DNA from: an uncultured Candidatus Rokubacteria bacterium
GTDB taxonomy: Bacteria; Methylomirabilota; Methylomirabilia; Rokubacteriales; DASRDR01
Direction: 5' to 3'
DNA length: 64,000 nt
NCBI GenBank assembly: GCA_963805625.1
Contig: CAWDVE010000010.1
Coordinates: 32,001 to 96,000, forward strand
Part shown: positions 31,443-46,400 of the stretch, piece after piece
Layout of the letters: each line of letters begins with the position of its first letter
Position numbering within the stretch: position 1 is the stretch's first letter
The notes under the pieces: model-generated
Database searches by the model: none
What the model was told of the DNA's origin: nothing
Seen by the model: the letters and a program-made list of their open reading frames with translations, nothing else
Made by a program: the position numbers and the translations under genes

Positions 31443-34400
31443 TCAGCCCGCTTTCTTATAACATATTTTTGCCTCTTCATGTTTACCTATGGTATCGAGT
31501 ACTCCCCCGATATCCTCCCAGACTTCTTTGCGCCCGGGATCGATTTCCAGCGCATGTTTAAAAGACGTGAGAGCTTCCTGATACTTTTCCTGTTCCTGTA
31601 ATGCACGTCCCCGGTAGATCCATGCATCTACAAAATCAGGCTGGATCGTTAACATCGTGTTGAACGATTCCACAGCCTCCATATACCGTCCGAGAGCAAT
31701 AAGTGCACTTCCTTTGGTGAAATAGGCGATGGAAAAGGAGGGGTCGGCAGTTATTGCATGTTCATATGATTCGATTGCAGCCTCGCTCTGGAATTGAGCG
31801 GCAAGTGCCATCCCATGACGTGTCCAGGCAACGGCATTCTCAGGATCAAGCTCAAGACATCGTTCATATGCGGAAAGAGCTTCCGGATATTTCCCAAGAT
31901 CGTAGAGCACATTCCCCTTCCCCATCCATGCCTCGGCAGAATTTTCATCCTGTTCCAGAGCTTTATCAAAGGTCTCCAGTGCATCTCTCGACATTCCAAG
32001 TTCGGCAAGGGAAGTCGCTTTATGGGACAGCGTCACTGCGCTATGACCGATTTCCAGAGAACAATCATATGATTGTATTGCTTCCCTGTGCTGGTCAAGT
32101 GCAGCATAAGCCATACCCTCAAAGTAATACAGGTCAGCAGTCCTGTAGTTGTTCTCAATGGCATGCTCGAATGCCCGTATCGCATCATCAAAATTGCCCA
32201 TCTCAAAATAAGCTCTCCCTTTCCAGAAAAAAGCCTGGTTACAGGCAGGGTTCATCTCGAGAGCCCGTTCAAATGCAGAGATTGCCGCGTCAGGATTTCC
32301 GAGAATGAAAAGAGCCCTTCCCTTCTCATAGACAGCATTTGCATACCCGGGACTGAAAGCGAGCGCAAGATCAAATGATGCAATTGCCTCTTCATTCTTA
32401 CCGCTGTGCATGAGTGCCCGCCCGCGTTCATAGAGAGCTTCCTCATTTTCCGGATTAATGCCAAGCGCAGCATCAAAGGCAACAATCGATGCATCATAGT
32501 CACCAGTACGGGCAAGAGCAATTCCCTTGTGGTGGTATGCCTCGGTATACCGGTCATTCAATTCAAGTGCATGATTAAATGCGGTTATCGCGTCGTCATA
32601 CCGTTCATGCCTGAGGTACGTGACACCCTGATAATAGAAGGCTTCCGGATAATCCTTCCGGAGGGAAAGTGCCCTGTCAAGTGCTTCAAGCGCTTCATCG
32701 TATCTGCCCAGGTGAATCAATGCAATACCACGGTACAGGTATGGGGCAGCTGATGGTGCCTCTTTGGAAATTGCATGATCATAACAGTCGAGAGCCATAT
32801 CGTATCTGCCGAGGTTTGCTTCAGCAATACCTTTACTGAGCCATGCATCCGTAAATGTGCTTTTTTCACCGATTGCCCGGTCGAATGCACCTATTGCCTC
32901 ATGATACATCAAAAGACTCATGAGAGCCTGTCCCTTCTGATAGAACGCCTGGACGCACTTCGGGCTGCGGGCCAGGGCAGCTTCGAAGCTTTTAATTGCC
33001 TCATGATACCTGCCGAGACGGGATAATGAAATCCCGGAATAATAGTATGCCCGGGGGTCTTTTGTATCGATGGCCAGTGCCTTGTTAAAGCAGGTTACGG
33101 CATCCAGATCCTTCCCGAGTGCTGAGAGGGCGAATCCTTTCCCGGTCCAGGCAAATGCAGCGGTGGGACGGAGACGTAATGCCTGATCAAATGAGGTTAT
33201 CGCTTCTTCGAACCGGGTGAGCCGGGTCAGGGCAATTCCCTTGTGGTAGAGTGCTTCGATATGTGCCGGCTCGGCTGCAAGTGCATTTTCGAAGGATACT
33301 ACTGCCTCGCTGTCCCTTCCCAGTTCAAAGAGTGCCCGCCCCTTGTAATACAATGCTGAAACGAAATCCGGGCGTATTTCCAGTGCGTTGCTGAATGAAT
33401 CATCTGCATCTTCGTAACGGGTCAATGCGAAAAGTGCAGTCCCTTTCAGGTACCATGCGTCAGCACTGGTCGGGTCAGTCGCGAGGGATTTCTCATATGC
33501 TTCAATCGCTTCATGATATCTGCCCAGTTCTGCCATTGCCATACCACGGTGCAGCAATGCTTCAACAGATTCGGGTTGTACCTGCAATACCCTGTCAAAT
33601 GCATCGATTGCATCTTTCTGCCGTCCGGTCGCAACAAGGGACAACCCTTTATTATAAAAGGCCTGTGCATTACCTGCATCAAGATCGATGTTTTTGTTGA
33701 AGGCGATAATGGCATCTTCATGGCGGCCCAGATTTGCAAGGGCACACCCCTTATGGAGATAGACATCAGCATAATTTCTCTCAATGCTGAGTGCCTTGTC
33801 AAAGGCTTTTACCGCATCACGGTACATGCCAAGAGAAGCGTGTGACTTTCCTTTGTTGTACCATGCCTCAGCAAAGGAAATATCGGTCTCGAGTGCCCGA
33901 TCAAACGATTTGACAGCTTCTTCAAACCTGCCGATATGAGCAAGTGCAGCACCCTTATAGAAAAGTGTATACGTGTGTTTCTGGTTGAAATTGAGTGCCT
34001 GGTCATAGACGGTAATTGCATCACCGGTCCGGCCGAGAATGTCCAGTGAACGCGCCTTGCTGTAATACGCCTCAAAATAATCCGGTTTCAGGGCGATGGC
34101 ATTTTCAAATGCTGAAATTGCCAGGTCGTGGCTTTCGAGTTTTGCATAAACAACACCCTGCTCAAACCAGATCTGTGCATCGTCACGGGTTATGGTAAGT
34201 AGTCTTCCGAATACTTCTGCAGATTCAGCATATCGTCCCAGTTCGGCAAACGATGATGCGTAAAAGAAGAGGGCATCCGTATTACCTGCTTCGACAGCGA
34301 GTGTTTTTCCCAGTGCACTGAGTGCTTCTTCAAATTTACCGAGGTGGAACAACGCAATACCCTTCTCACATAAAGCACTCGTAGTATCCGGTGAGAGCTT

Positions 34401-37400
34401 AATCACCCGGTCAAAGGAATCGATCGCCTCCTCAAATTTACCCAGGCTTGTAAAAACTCTGCCCCGCTCAAGATAAGCCCTGTGATTATCAGGACGGTAT
34501 TTTATACTGTTATCGAACGCATCGATTGCATCTTCGGGACGGTCCAGATACGTAAGTACCACACCTTTCTCATACCAGATCTCCCCGTCAGTATTCCGGA
34601 GTCCGAGTGCTGCGTCAAATGCATGTCCTGCCTCATCATATCTGCCGAGATTTGCCAGGGATATTCCCCGTAAATAGCTCGGTTCATACAGGTCCGGAAG
34701 GACAGATGAGGCATGTGCGAAAATTTCCTGAGCTTCTTCGTGCCTTCCCAATAGTGGCAAGGATCCGACCCTTCTCGGTCAGGAGCTGCCCGTTTTCAGG
34801 AGCCAGAGTCAGGGCAAGATCAAAAATATGCAGCGCATCGTTATAACGTGCGAGCCGCGAAAGTGCGCATCCTTCTGCGAAGAGCAGTGTGATATTCCGC
34901 GGGTCGTTCTGACGTGCTTTTTCAAATGCGGAAACGGCATCTTCGTCTTTACCCAGATGTTCAAAAGCGACGCCTTTATGGAACCATGCATCGGAATGGT
35001 CTCCAATCCGTAAAAGTACCTCGTTGAATGCCTGGATCGCATCTTCGTACTTCGTGAGATTTTCGAGTGAAAGCCCCTTATTGAAGTAGGCTTCGGCAAA
35101 ATCAGGATCAAGAACAAGAGATCGTGAAAATGAAGATTCCGCTTCCTCATACCTGCCGAGCATCGCATATGCAAGTCCCTGTTCGAAATGCCCGTCCCTG
35201 CTCTGATCATCAATTGCAAGCGCTTGTGAGAATGCAATGACCGCCTCTCCATGTTGCTTCAGGTTTGAAAGCGTACGTGCCTTGTAATAATGTGCATCGA
35301 ATGCATTGTTATCGAGAGCGATCGCCCGGTCAAATGCTTTGGCTGCTTCTTCAAACCTCATGAGATTGAAGAGGATGATGCCCTTGTTAAACCAGGTCTC
35401 GTAGCTGGCGGCATCAAGTTCGAGAGCCGCATCGAATGCCAGGAGTGCCTCTTCGGGTTGGTTCAGGTTTTTGAGGGAGAGACCCTTGTGATAATATGCT
35501 GATGACAGGGACGGGTCAACCGAGATCAGCTGGTCGAATGAAGCGACAGCATCCTGGTCTTTTGAGAGCCGGGCAAACGCGAGCCCCTTGTCATAGAAGG
35601 CACTGACAAACCTGGGATCAATAGTCGTAGCCTGTTCAAAAGCTTCGACAGCCTGGAGATCCCTGCCGAGTTTTGTCAGGGCGATACCCTTGTCATACCA
35701 GGCATTTGCATACCTGGGGTTAATGGCAAGGACCCGGTCATACGATGAGACGGCTTCTTCGTGCCTGCCGAGTTCTGAGAGTGCGATTGCCCGGTCGTAC
35801 CACCCGTAGGCTGAACCGGGTTTGATGTCAAGGGCACGGGTGAGAGCATCCAGCGCCGGTTCAAACCTGCTGAGCGAGAGCAGCGTACTTCCTTTTCTCA
35901 GCCACGCCGGTGCACACGCCGCATCGTGTGCAAGAACCTGGTCAAAGCAGGCAATTGCATCTTCCGGGTTCTGGAGTTCGATGTATGTCTTTCCCTTCCG
36001 GTACCATGCTGTTGTGTTGTCCGGTGCAAGGGCAGTTGTCCTGTCAAATGCTTCGAGTGCCTCTTCAAACCGTCCCAGTTCGAAAAGCACCCTCCCCTTG
36101 AGCAGCCAGACGTCAGCGACAGTGCTTTCAAGGCTGAGTGAGGATTCGAGCGCCCCGAGCGCCTCCTCAAACCTGTGGAGAGATGCCAGGATGACTACCC
36201 TTGTTGAACCAGGTCTCGTAGCTGGCGGTATCAAGTTCGAGAGCTGCATCGAATGCCTGGAGTGCCTCTTTGGGACGGTTCAGGTTTTTGAGGGAGAGAC
36301 CCTTGTGATAATATATCGGTGCGTGTGACGGTTCAACAGCGATTGCCCGGTCAAATGATGCAATGGCATCCCGGTCTTTCGAGAGCCGGGCAAATGCGAG
36401 CCCCTTGTCATAGAATGCATGGACAAACCTGGGATCAATAGTCGTAGCCTGTTCAAAAGCTTCGACAGCCTGGAGATCCCTGCCGAGTTTTGTCAGGGCA
36501 ATACCCTTGTCATACCAGGCATTTGCATATCTGGGGTTTAAGGCAAGGACCCTGTCATACGATGAGACAGCTTCTTCGTGCCTGCCGAGTTCTGAGAGTG
36601 CGATTGCCCGGTCGTACCACCCGTAGGCTGAACCGGGTTTGATGTCCAGGGCACGGGTAAGGGCATCCAGCGCCGGTTCAAACCTGCTGAGCGAGAGCAG
36701 CGTACTTCCTTTTCTCAGCCACGCCGGTGCACACGCCGCATCGTGTGCAAGAACCTGGTCAAAGCAGGCAATTGCGTCTTCCGGGTTCTGGAGTTCGATG
36801 TATGTCCTTCCCTTCCGGTACCATGCTGTTGTGTTGTCCGGTGCAAGGGCAGTTGTCCTGTCAAATGCTTCGAGTGCCTCTTCAAACCGTCCCAGTTCGA
36901 AAAGCACCCTCCCCTTGAGCAGCCAGACGTCTGCGACAGCGCTTTCAAGACTGAGTGAGGATTCGAGTGCCCCGAGTGCCTCCTCAAACCTGTGGAGAGA
37001 TGCCAGGATGATGCCCTTGTTGAACCAGGTCTCGTAGCTGGCGGTATCAAGTTCGAGAGCCGCATCGAATGCCAGGAGTGCCTCTTCGGGGCGGTTCAGG
37101 TTTTTGAGAGAGATTCCCTTGTGATAATATGCTGGTGCCAGAGACGGTTCAACGGCGATTGCCCGGTCAAATGATGCAATGGCATCCTGGTCTTTTGAGA
37201 GCCGTGCATAAGCGAGCCCCTTGTCATAGAATGCTTTGGCAAACTCCTCATCAAGTGTCGTAGCCTGTTCAAAAGCTTCGACAGCCTGGAGATCCTTGCC
37301 GAGTTTTGTCAGGGCGACACCCTTGTCATACCAGGCATTTGCATATCCGGGGTTAATGGCAAGCACCCTGTCATAGGATGAGACAGCCTCTTCATGCCTG

Positions 37401-40400
37401 CCAAGTTCTGAGAGTGCGATTGCCCGGTTGTACCACCCGAAGGCCGAACCGGGTTCAATATCCAGGGCACGGGTGAGGGCATCCAGCGCCGGTTCAGACC
37501 TGCTGAGCGAGAGCAGTGCACTCCCTTTTCCCAGCCACGCCGGTGCACACGCCGCATCGTGTGCAAGAACCTGGTCAAAGCAGGCAATTGCGTCTTCCGG
37601 GTTCTGGAGTTCGATGTATGTCTTTCCCTTCCGGTACCATGCTGTTGTGTTGTCCGGTGCAAGGGCAGTTGTCCTGTCAAATGCTTCGAGTGCCTCTTCA
37701 AACCGTCCCAGTTCGAAAAGCACCCTCCCCTTGAGCAGCCAGACGTCAGCGACAGTGCTTTCAAGGCTGAGTGAGGATTCGAGTGCCCCGAGCGCCTCCT
37801 CAAACCTGTGGAGAGATGCCAGGATGATGCCCTTGTTAAACCAGGTCTCGTAGCTGCCGGCATCAAGTTCGAGAGCCGCATCGAATGCCAGGAGTGCCTC
37901 ATCGGGCCGGTCAAGGTTTTTAAGGGAGAGACCCTTGTGATAATATATCGGTGCCTGTGACGGTTCAACAGCGATTGCCCGGTCAAATGATGCAATGGCA
38001 TCCGGTCTCTTGAGAGCCGTGCAAACGCGAGCCCCTTGTCATAAAAGGCACTGGACAAACTTGGGATCAATAGTCGTCGCCTGTTCAAAAGCTTCGACAG
38101 CCTGGAGATCCCTGCCGAGTTTTGTCAGGGCGATACCCTTGTCATACCAGGCATTTGCATACCTGGGATTAATGGCAAGGACCCTGTCATAGGATGAGAC
38201 GGCCTCTTCGTGCCTGCCGAGTTCTGAGAGTGCGATTGCCCGGTCGTACCATCCGTAAGCTGAACCGGGTTTGATGATCCAGGGCACGGGTGAGGGCATC
38301 CAGCGCCGGTTCAAACCTGCTGAGCGAGAGCAGCGTACTTCCTTTTCTCAGCCACGCCGGTGCACACGCCGCATCGTGTGCAAGAACCTGGTCAAAGCAG
38401 GCAATTGCATCTTCCGGGTTCTGGAGTTCGATGTATGTCTTTCCCTTCCGGTACCATGCTGTTGTGTTGTCCGGTGCAAGGGCGGTTGTCCTGTCAAATG
38501 CTTCGAGTGCCTCTTCAAACCGTCCCAGTTCGAAAAGCACCCTCCCCTTGAGCAGCCAGACGTCAGCGACAGTGCTTTCAAGGCTGAGTGAGGATTCGAG
38601 TGCCCCGAGTGCCTCGTCAAACCGAAGAAGTTTCACCAGAACAGATGCCTCGCTGATAGAGCGCAGGAGCATTATCCGGCTCCTTTTCCAGCACGGTATC
38701 GAATGCATCGAGAGCTTTTTCATTTTTTCCAAGGCTGACAAACGACAGACCAGACTGGAATATCGCATCTGTCAGGGAACTGTCATAGATAAAAGCCTGG
38801 CTGAATGACCGGATTGCCTTTTCGTATTTTGCTGTGGCTTTCAGCACGAGTCCCTTATAATAATGTGCATAAGCGTGCTCCGGAACATTTTCAAGAGTAT
38901 AGTCAAAGGCTTTGATGGCGTCTTTGTACCTGCCTGTGCGGTAAAGTGCAAGACCTTTATTATAAGCTGCGTCGGTAAAGGAAGGGTCCAGGGCAAGTGT
39001 TTTTTCATAAGCACTGATGGCGTCATCGTCATACCCGAGTGAAGACAGTGCAAGTCCCCGGCCATATGCTGCATCAGCGCTGCCGGGTTTCAATTCGAGT
39101 GTTTTATCAAATGCCAGAATGGCATCGTTGAAATACTTTAGCTTATAAAGAACCTGCCCCCTCGCCAACCAGATATCAGCATCGTCCGGAGTAAGTTCGA
39201 TTGAACGGTTCAGGGAGGCAAGAGCATCTTTGTCGCGTCCGGCTGCCATGAGGGCGTTCCCGCGGTGGTAGTTGAGATAACCGGTTTCAGGTCCGATGGC
39301 AAGTGCCAGATCGAATGCTGTAACCGACTCCTCGTATCGCCCGATGGTTTCGAGTGCGACTCCTTTTTTGTATGCAGCGTCCTGCATACCCGGGCTGAGT
39401 TCAAGGGTACGATCAAACGCAGGCACCGATTCTTTAAACCGTTTTAGTATACAAAGGACATCTGCTTTATTGTACCATGCGACTGCACATGAATCGTCCA
39501 GAGACGACGCCATGCCGAACGCTTCAAGGGCATCCTCATACAGTGACATCTGCTTATAACTGATCCCGCGGTAATACCATGCAGTGGCATGCTGTTTGTC
39601 AAGAACAATCACCTTATCAAATGCTGAGACTGCCTCTTCCCACCGTTTGAGGTGAAGCAGGGCTTTACCCCGGTGAATAAGGGCAAAAATGTTCTGGGGT
39701 TCACGCCTTAACGATTTCCCGAAAGATTCAACTGCTTCCTTGAATCGGAACAGCTTATAGAGTGAATACCCCTTGCATGAAAGGAGACCTGAATCCGTGG
39801 TGTCCTGTTCCAGTGCCCTGTCCAGTGCAATTACTGCGTCTTCGTACCGGGCAAGTTTTACTAAAGCAACACCCCTTCTCCGGTGTGCCCGGGTATTTTC
39901 CGGATCAAGGAGGAGAGTTGCGTCGAACTCTCTGATTGCTTCCTCATACCGGGCAATCTTTTCAAGAATCTCACCCTTGACGAGATGGGAAACCACATCA
40001 GTTGTATCAAGTTCGAGTGCGCGATCGAATGAAGCGATTGCATCCTCATACCTGTCGAGCCGGGAGAGCACCATTCCCTTTTCAGCATAGATACGGGAGT
40101 TATCCAGACCCATCTCAATACATGCATTGAATGCTTCCAGGGCAGATTCCGGTTGGCCGAGATGGGAATATGAAAGCCCCTTCTCAAAAAGGATCTCACC
40201 TGAATCAGGTTTGAGAACAAGAACGGCATCGAATGCTTCTATTGCCCGGTCGTATTTTTTAAGGATGAAAAAAGATCTTCCCATCTCTTTCCAGGCTTCT
40301 ATCCGGGATGGGTTGAGAGCCACGGAACGGGTGAAAGCCTCAATGGCATCAGAATACTGATGCAAACGAACGAGAGCGGCACCTTTATAATAAAATACCC

Positions 40401-43400
40401 GTTCGCACGAGGGGTCCAGCTGGTTAATCCGGGTATATACGGTAACTGCTTCTTCAGGCAAATCCTGGCGGTCTGTTGCCCGGGCAAGACCGTACAATGC
40501 TGTCAGATCATCTGGATTTGTGATGAGTACATTCCTGAATGCTTCAGTCGCCTCCGGATCGCGTCCGAGAGCATAAAGCGCTCTCCCCTTCTGCAGATAC
40601 GCATCTGCAAAATCCGGCATCAGACGGTTTGCCTGTTCGAAGGCTGCAGCGGCTTCTGATACCTTCTGAGCTCTGGCAAGTGCGATTCCCTTATAGTAAT
40701 ATGCTTCACCAAATTCCGGTTCGAGAGCCAGTGCATGATCAAATGCTGCAACTGCGTCATCAAAATTGTCAAGGCTGATGTGGGCCCTGCCTTTATAGAA
40801 CCAGGTATGGGGATTGTCCGGGTCAATTTCCAGTGAGGTTGCATAAGCAAAGAGAGCGTCCTGAAATTGTTCGAGAGCAAAAAGACAGAATCCTTTTATC
40901 AGCCATGCATTGGCGATCCGTGGTTCAGCCTCGAGTGCACGGGAAAGGGCCTTTACAGCGTCGCTGAATTCACCAAGCTCGGCAAGAGCCAGTCCCTTGT
41001 GGTACATCGCATCGGTAAAACCGGGATTAATCTCAAGGGCGCGTGTAAATGCCATGGCCGCTTCATCATGATGTCCCAATACCGCGTGGGATAAACCATA
41101 CCGGTAAAATATATCTGCCCTTCCGGGATCGATTGTACTTGCCGCCTTAAAGGCAGCAGCTGCCTGTTCATGTTCATCCAGATGTGCAAGCGCAATTCCC
41201 TTCTGATAGAGTGCCTCAGGATTATCGGGGGTCATTTCAAGGGCACTATTGAAAGCGGATAGTGCTTCGTCATACATACCCACATTTGAAAGGGCTATAC
41301 CTTTATTGAAGAAGGCTGGTGCGAAATGGGGAATCAGTTCCAGTACGCGATCAAACGAGGTGACCGCTTCAGGATACCTGCCAAGGTGAATCAATGCCAG
41401 ACCCCGGTCATAATACACCTGTGCATTACCCGGATCGAGGCTCAATAGCCTGCCCAAAGGCAGTAACGGCAGGCTCAAAGCGTTCCAGGTCAGCAAGGGC
41501 TTTTCCTTTCTGGTAAAGTGCTTCGATGAAGTCCGGTTTGAGTTCTATTGCCTTTTCGCAGGCAGCAAGCGATTCTTCATTACGACCCAGGTCGTGAAGT
41601 GCGACTCCTTTTCGCAGTGCGGCTTCCGCTGAATCCGGATCCAGTTCAAGCGACCGGTCAAATGCATCTATCGCCTCCTGGTAGCAGCCCATGCCATACA
41701 GGGCCAGTCCTTTCTGGAAAAATCCCGGGGCATATGACGGAAGGAGGGAGAGTGCCCTGTCAAAAGAGACAACCGCTTCGCTGAACCTGTCCAGTTTTGC
41801 CAGGGCAACGCCCCGGTTGTAGTGCGCATCTGCGAGTTGGGGATTTGTTTCAAGAGCGTGATCAAATTCCTGAATTGCCTCGTCCGTCCGGGATAATTCC
41901 AGGAGGGCAAAACCCTTATGGAAATGAGCATCAGCAAAACCCGGTTCAATCTCAAGTACCCTGTCATAGGCATAAATTGCCTCGGAGGTGTTTCCGGAAT
42001 CGAAAAGTGCTCTTCCTTTCTGGTAGTATGCATGGTAATTTTTGGGGTTATCAGTAATAATCTTGTTAAAGTCCCTGACAGCATCCCTGAATTTTTTAAG
42101 ATGAGACAGGGCGATGCCTTTTCGCATCCGTGCTTCTGCATAATTCGGTTTTAGCTGAAGCGTCTTTTCGAAAGCAAAGATTGCCTCATTGTAACGGTTC
42201 TGACCCATGTAGGCCTTGCCCTTGTGATAGAAAGCCAGTGCATTATCAGGATCATAAATAAGTGCTTTATCAAAAGCCTCCAGTGCCTCTTCGAATCTTC
42301 CAAGCCGGGAAAGTGCCAGACCCCGGTTATAGTGCCCCTGTGCATTCCCCGTATCCTTCTCGAGATTCTTATCGAAGGATTCAATGGCTTCAGCGTATTT
42401 TTCCAGCTTAAAAAGTGCAAATCCGAGATGATAATAGACTTCAGTGAATGAAGGATCAATTTCCAGAGCGCGGGTAAATGCAGAAATTGCATCGGAATAT
42501 TTTCCGCTCTGGTTTAAGGATTTTCCCTTGTTATACCATGCAGGTGCAAAGGAAGGCAGGATATCGATAGTCTTTTCGAAAGCTTCGATGGCATCACGGT
42601 GATCTCCAAGTCTGGCTAATGCAAGTCCCTTATGATACAGGGCTTCATAATTCCCGGGATCAATTTCAAGGAGTATCTCATATGCATGGATCGATTCGTC
42701 GAATCTGTTCACTTTTTCCAGCGCGAGCCCCTTGTAGTGAAATGCTTCAATGCATCTCTGGTCCAGGGCTATAGCATTATCAAACGCATCAATAGCATCC
42801 TGGTATCTCCCAATGTCAAAGAGAGCCTTCCCGTTTCTGACCCATCCGTCGACCTGACCGGGATCAATTTTCAGGGATTTGGTGAATGCGACGATTGCAT
42901 CTTCCGTTCGCCCGAGATCATTCAGGGCATCACCTTTCTTCATCCAGATGTCGCGAAGCGCAGGGTTAATATCAAGGGCACGGGAGTAAGCAAAAACAGC
43001 ATCCTGGATTTTATGGAGATCGTAGAGAGCATTGCCTTTTTTTACCCACGCCTCCGCGAAATTCGCATTAATCTCCAGGGCTTTTGAATATGCGAGGACA
43101 GCATCCTGCTTTCTCTGAAGAGAAAAGAGGGCATCTCCCTTCTGCATCCAGATCTCGATTATCGTCGGATTGAGCGAGAGAATCCTGTCGTGTGTCTCGA
43201 TAGCTTCGGGATACCGCCCAAGCTTAAAGAGTGATTTTGCACGGCAGATGAGTGCTTCGATAAGCGACGGGTTTGCTGATAAGCTCCTGTCCAGTAAAGG
43301 AATAGCTTCTTCGTAACGGGACAGTTCAGCGTTGGCGATACCCTGGTACATGTAACTTTCAGTGAGTGTTGGATCGATTTCGGTCGCTTTTTTGTTTGCA

Positions 43401-46400
43401 GCGATAGCATCCTCATACCGCTTTAATTCGAGATACGAAAGTCCCAGGTAATAGTAATTTGAGGCGTCGGACGCATCCAGGGACAGGGCCGCCTCAAAGG
43501 ATTTGACGGCATCGCTATAGCGTTCACGCTGGACAAGGGCGACTCCTTTGAAATGATGCGTTGATGGATTTGAAGGATCAAGAAGAAGTGCTTTGTCGAA
43601 TGCTTTTATCGCATCGCTGTATCGTTCTTTACCGGTAAACGCGACACCGAGGAAATAGAACCCCAATGCATTTTCAGGCTCGATTTCCAGTGACTTCTCA
43701 AATGTCCTGATGGCATCATCGTATCTCTCGCGCTGGGTAAGAGCAATCCCTTTCTGGTACAGGATTTGTGGATTATTGGGAGATATTTCCAGTGCCAGGT
43801 CGTAAGATACGATAGCTTCCAGGGGTTTCCCAAGGTGAATAAGGGCATTTCCCTTTTCAAAAAATGCACGGGCGCAACGGCGGTTGATCTCAATAGTTTT
43901 ATCAAAAGCATGAACGGCTTCTTCAAATCTTTCAAGAGCCGACAGCCCGATACCAAGGTAACACCATGACCAGACATCGCGTGGCTGTTCTTCAACCGAG
44001 CGGGTAAGAATCAGCACCGCTTCTTCAAAATGGTGAATTTTGATAAGTTCGATACTTTTTCGTACTGTTGCTTCAGTAAGTCCTGGATCCAGCACGAGGG
44101 CCTGATTAAAAGCCTCAATTGCCTCGTCATGTAAACCAAGATTTGCCAGGGCAATACCCTTGTTCAGCCATAATCCGGGACGCGAGGGATCATGTTCGAG
44201 TGCTTCCCTGAAAGTATCCAGAGCTTCCTGATAGTGTAAAAGACGTAAATGGGCAATCCCTTTCCCGGATAATGCCTCGTGATTATAGGGGGAAATTTCA
44301 AGGACGCGATTAAAAGCGTCGATTGCATCGGAGTATTGCCTGAGCTTCAGGAGCGTTTCTCCCCGGTAAAACAGCGCAGGAATATAGAGCGGATTGATTC
44401 CAATTGCCCTGTCGAAAACATTCAGGGCCTGAGAATAATTTTTCTGGTGAACCAGCGCAAGTCCCATGGCATAATGAACCTCAATAAAATCCGGTTGAAG
44501 TTCAAGTGCGATGTCAAAGGACCTGATTGCATCATCATACCGTTTCAGCTCGGAAAGAGAAATTCCCTTATGGTAGCTGATCATCGGATCATCAGGGTTT
44601 AGTTCAAGTGCCCTGTCAAAGGCTGCAATTGCATCCTTGTGCCTGCCCAGCTGGGACAAGGCAATCCCTTTCCTGCGATAAGCGGGGGTGCAACCATTAT
44701 TGATCTCTATGGCTTTATCGAATGACTGGAGCGCTTTTTCGGGCTGCCCTCGTGCCGCAAGGGCAACACCCTGATAACACCAGAGCAGGGCATCCCCGGC
44801 GCATTCCCCGGGAACGCTGCTGAATACTCCGAGAGCCTCCTCATGTTTTCCAAGTTTGACGAGTGCAATTCCTTTTCTGACCAGCGCATCTGTTCTTTTT
44901 GGATCCAGCAGAATCGCCTGATTAAATGCCTCGACTGCTGCTTCATACTGTTTCATCTGCTGGTGCACAATCCCGGAATAATAATAGGAAGGTGCATGGG
45001 CAGGATCGAGTGCAACAGCCCGATCGAATTCTGTAAGGGCCTCCTCAAAGTGATCCAGCTCGATAAGGGCAATACCCTTAAAATGGTGGACAAGGGAATA
45101 TGAGGGATCGATGGCAAGGGAATGATCGAATGCGGTTACCGCTTCAAAATACCGCTCGGTTCCGGCATATGCCAGTCCAAGAAAATAATATCCCGAAGCA
45201 TTTTCCGGTTCATGTGCAAGGGCATGTTCGAATGCATCGATTGCATCGTCAAAACGTTCCTGACGAAAGAGAGCGACACCTTTCAGATAGATAATTTTCG
45301 GATTATCAGGTTCGATCTCCAGTGCACGGTCATAGAGATCTGCCGCTTCTGACTGGTCACCCAGATAGGAGAAGGCGTTTGCTTTCTCATAGAGTGCACG
45401 TGTGCACCGCGGGTTGATCTCCAGAGTTTTGTCAAACGAACGAATGGCTTCTTCAAATCGTTCGACAGATGAAAGGGCGATACCTTTATAGTACCATGCC
45501 TGGTCATTGCCCGGCTGTTCTTCAAGAGCACGGTTAAGAATTGAGATTGCCTCATCATACCGGCAGAGAGTAATCAGGACAATTCCTTTACGGACTGCTG
45601 CCTCCGCATGCCGGGGATTTAATATAAGTACCTTCTCGAATGACGCGATGGCTTCATCTGCCATTCCCAGTCTGCTGAGGGCAATTCCTTTCTGGAGCCA
45701 GCCTTCGGTAAGCGCCGGGTTTTGCTCGATTGCCTCGTTAAATGCCACCAGTGCTTCCTGATATCGTGAAAGATGGAAAAAAGCCAGACCTTTATTAAAC
45801 CATGCACCGGTATTCTGCGGTACCTGTCCGAGTACGCTGTCGAAATCCAGTATCGATTCAGCATAATGTCCGGTCTGCAGATAAGCGGTACCGCGCTGAT
45901 AGAGAACGAGGGTATTTGCCGGATCAATTTCAAGGGCCTGATCGTAGGCATATACGGCATCTTCATATCTCCCCAGCTGAATGAGTGAAAGTCCCAGGTT
46001 GTAATAGGCATTGATGTAATTCGGGTTGATGGCAATGGCGTGTTCAAATGCATCAATTGCCATTTCGGACTTCCCGAGCTTTGCCAGGGCAAGACCTTTA
46101 TCATAGAATGCCTGGGCATACGAAGGTTTGATCCCGATACTTTTATTGTATGATTCAATTGCATCAGGATATTTACCGAGTTTGGCGAGCAGGAGTCCTT
46201 TCTGGTGAAATGCCTGTGCATTTTCCGGGTTCTGTTTGATTGTCCTGTCAAATTCCTGAATGGCTTCATCGACATTTCCCAGTTTTGCGAGTGCAAAACC
46301 CTTATGGAAATATGCATCCCCATACATCGGATTGATCTTCAGGGCCCTGTCGTACGCAGAAACTGCTTCCGTATACCTGCCAAGGCTGGCGTACGCAATT

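Noticed and set aside
35372-38623. DGR template/variable repeat pair
   Set aside because: All copies are in-frame coding tandem repeats, differences are not adenine-specific, and no reverse transcriptase is in the window
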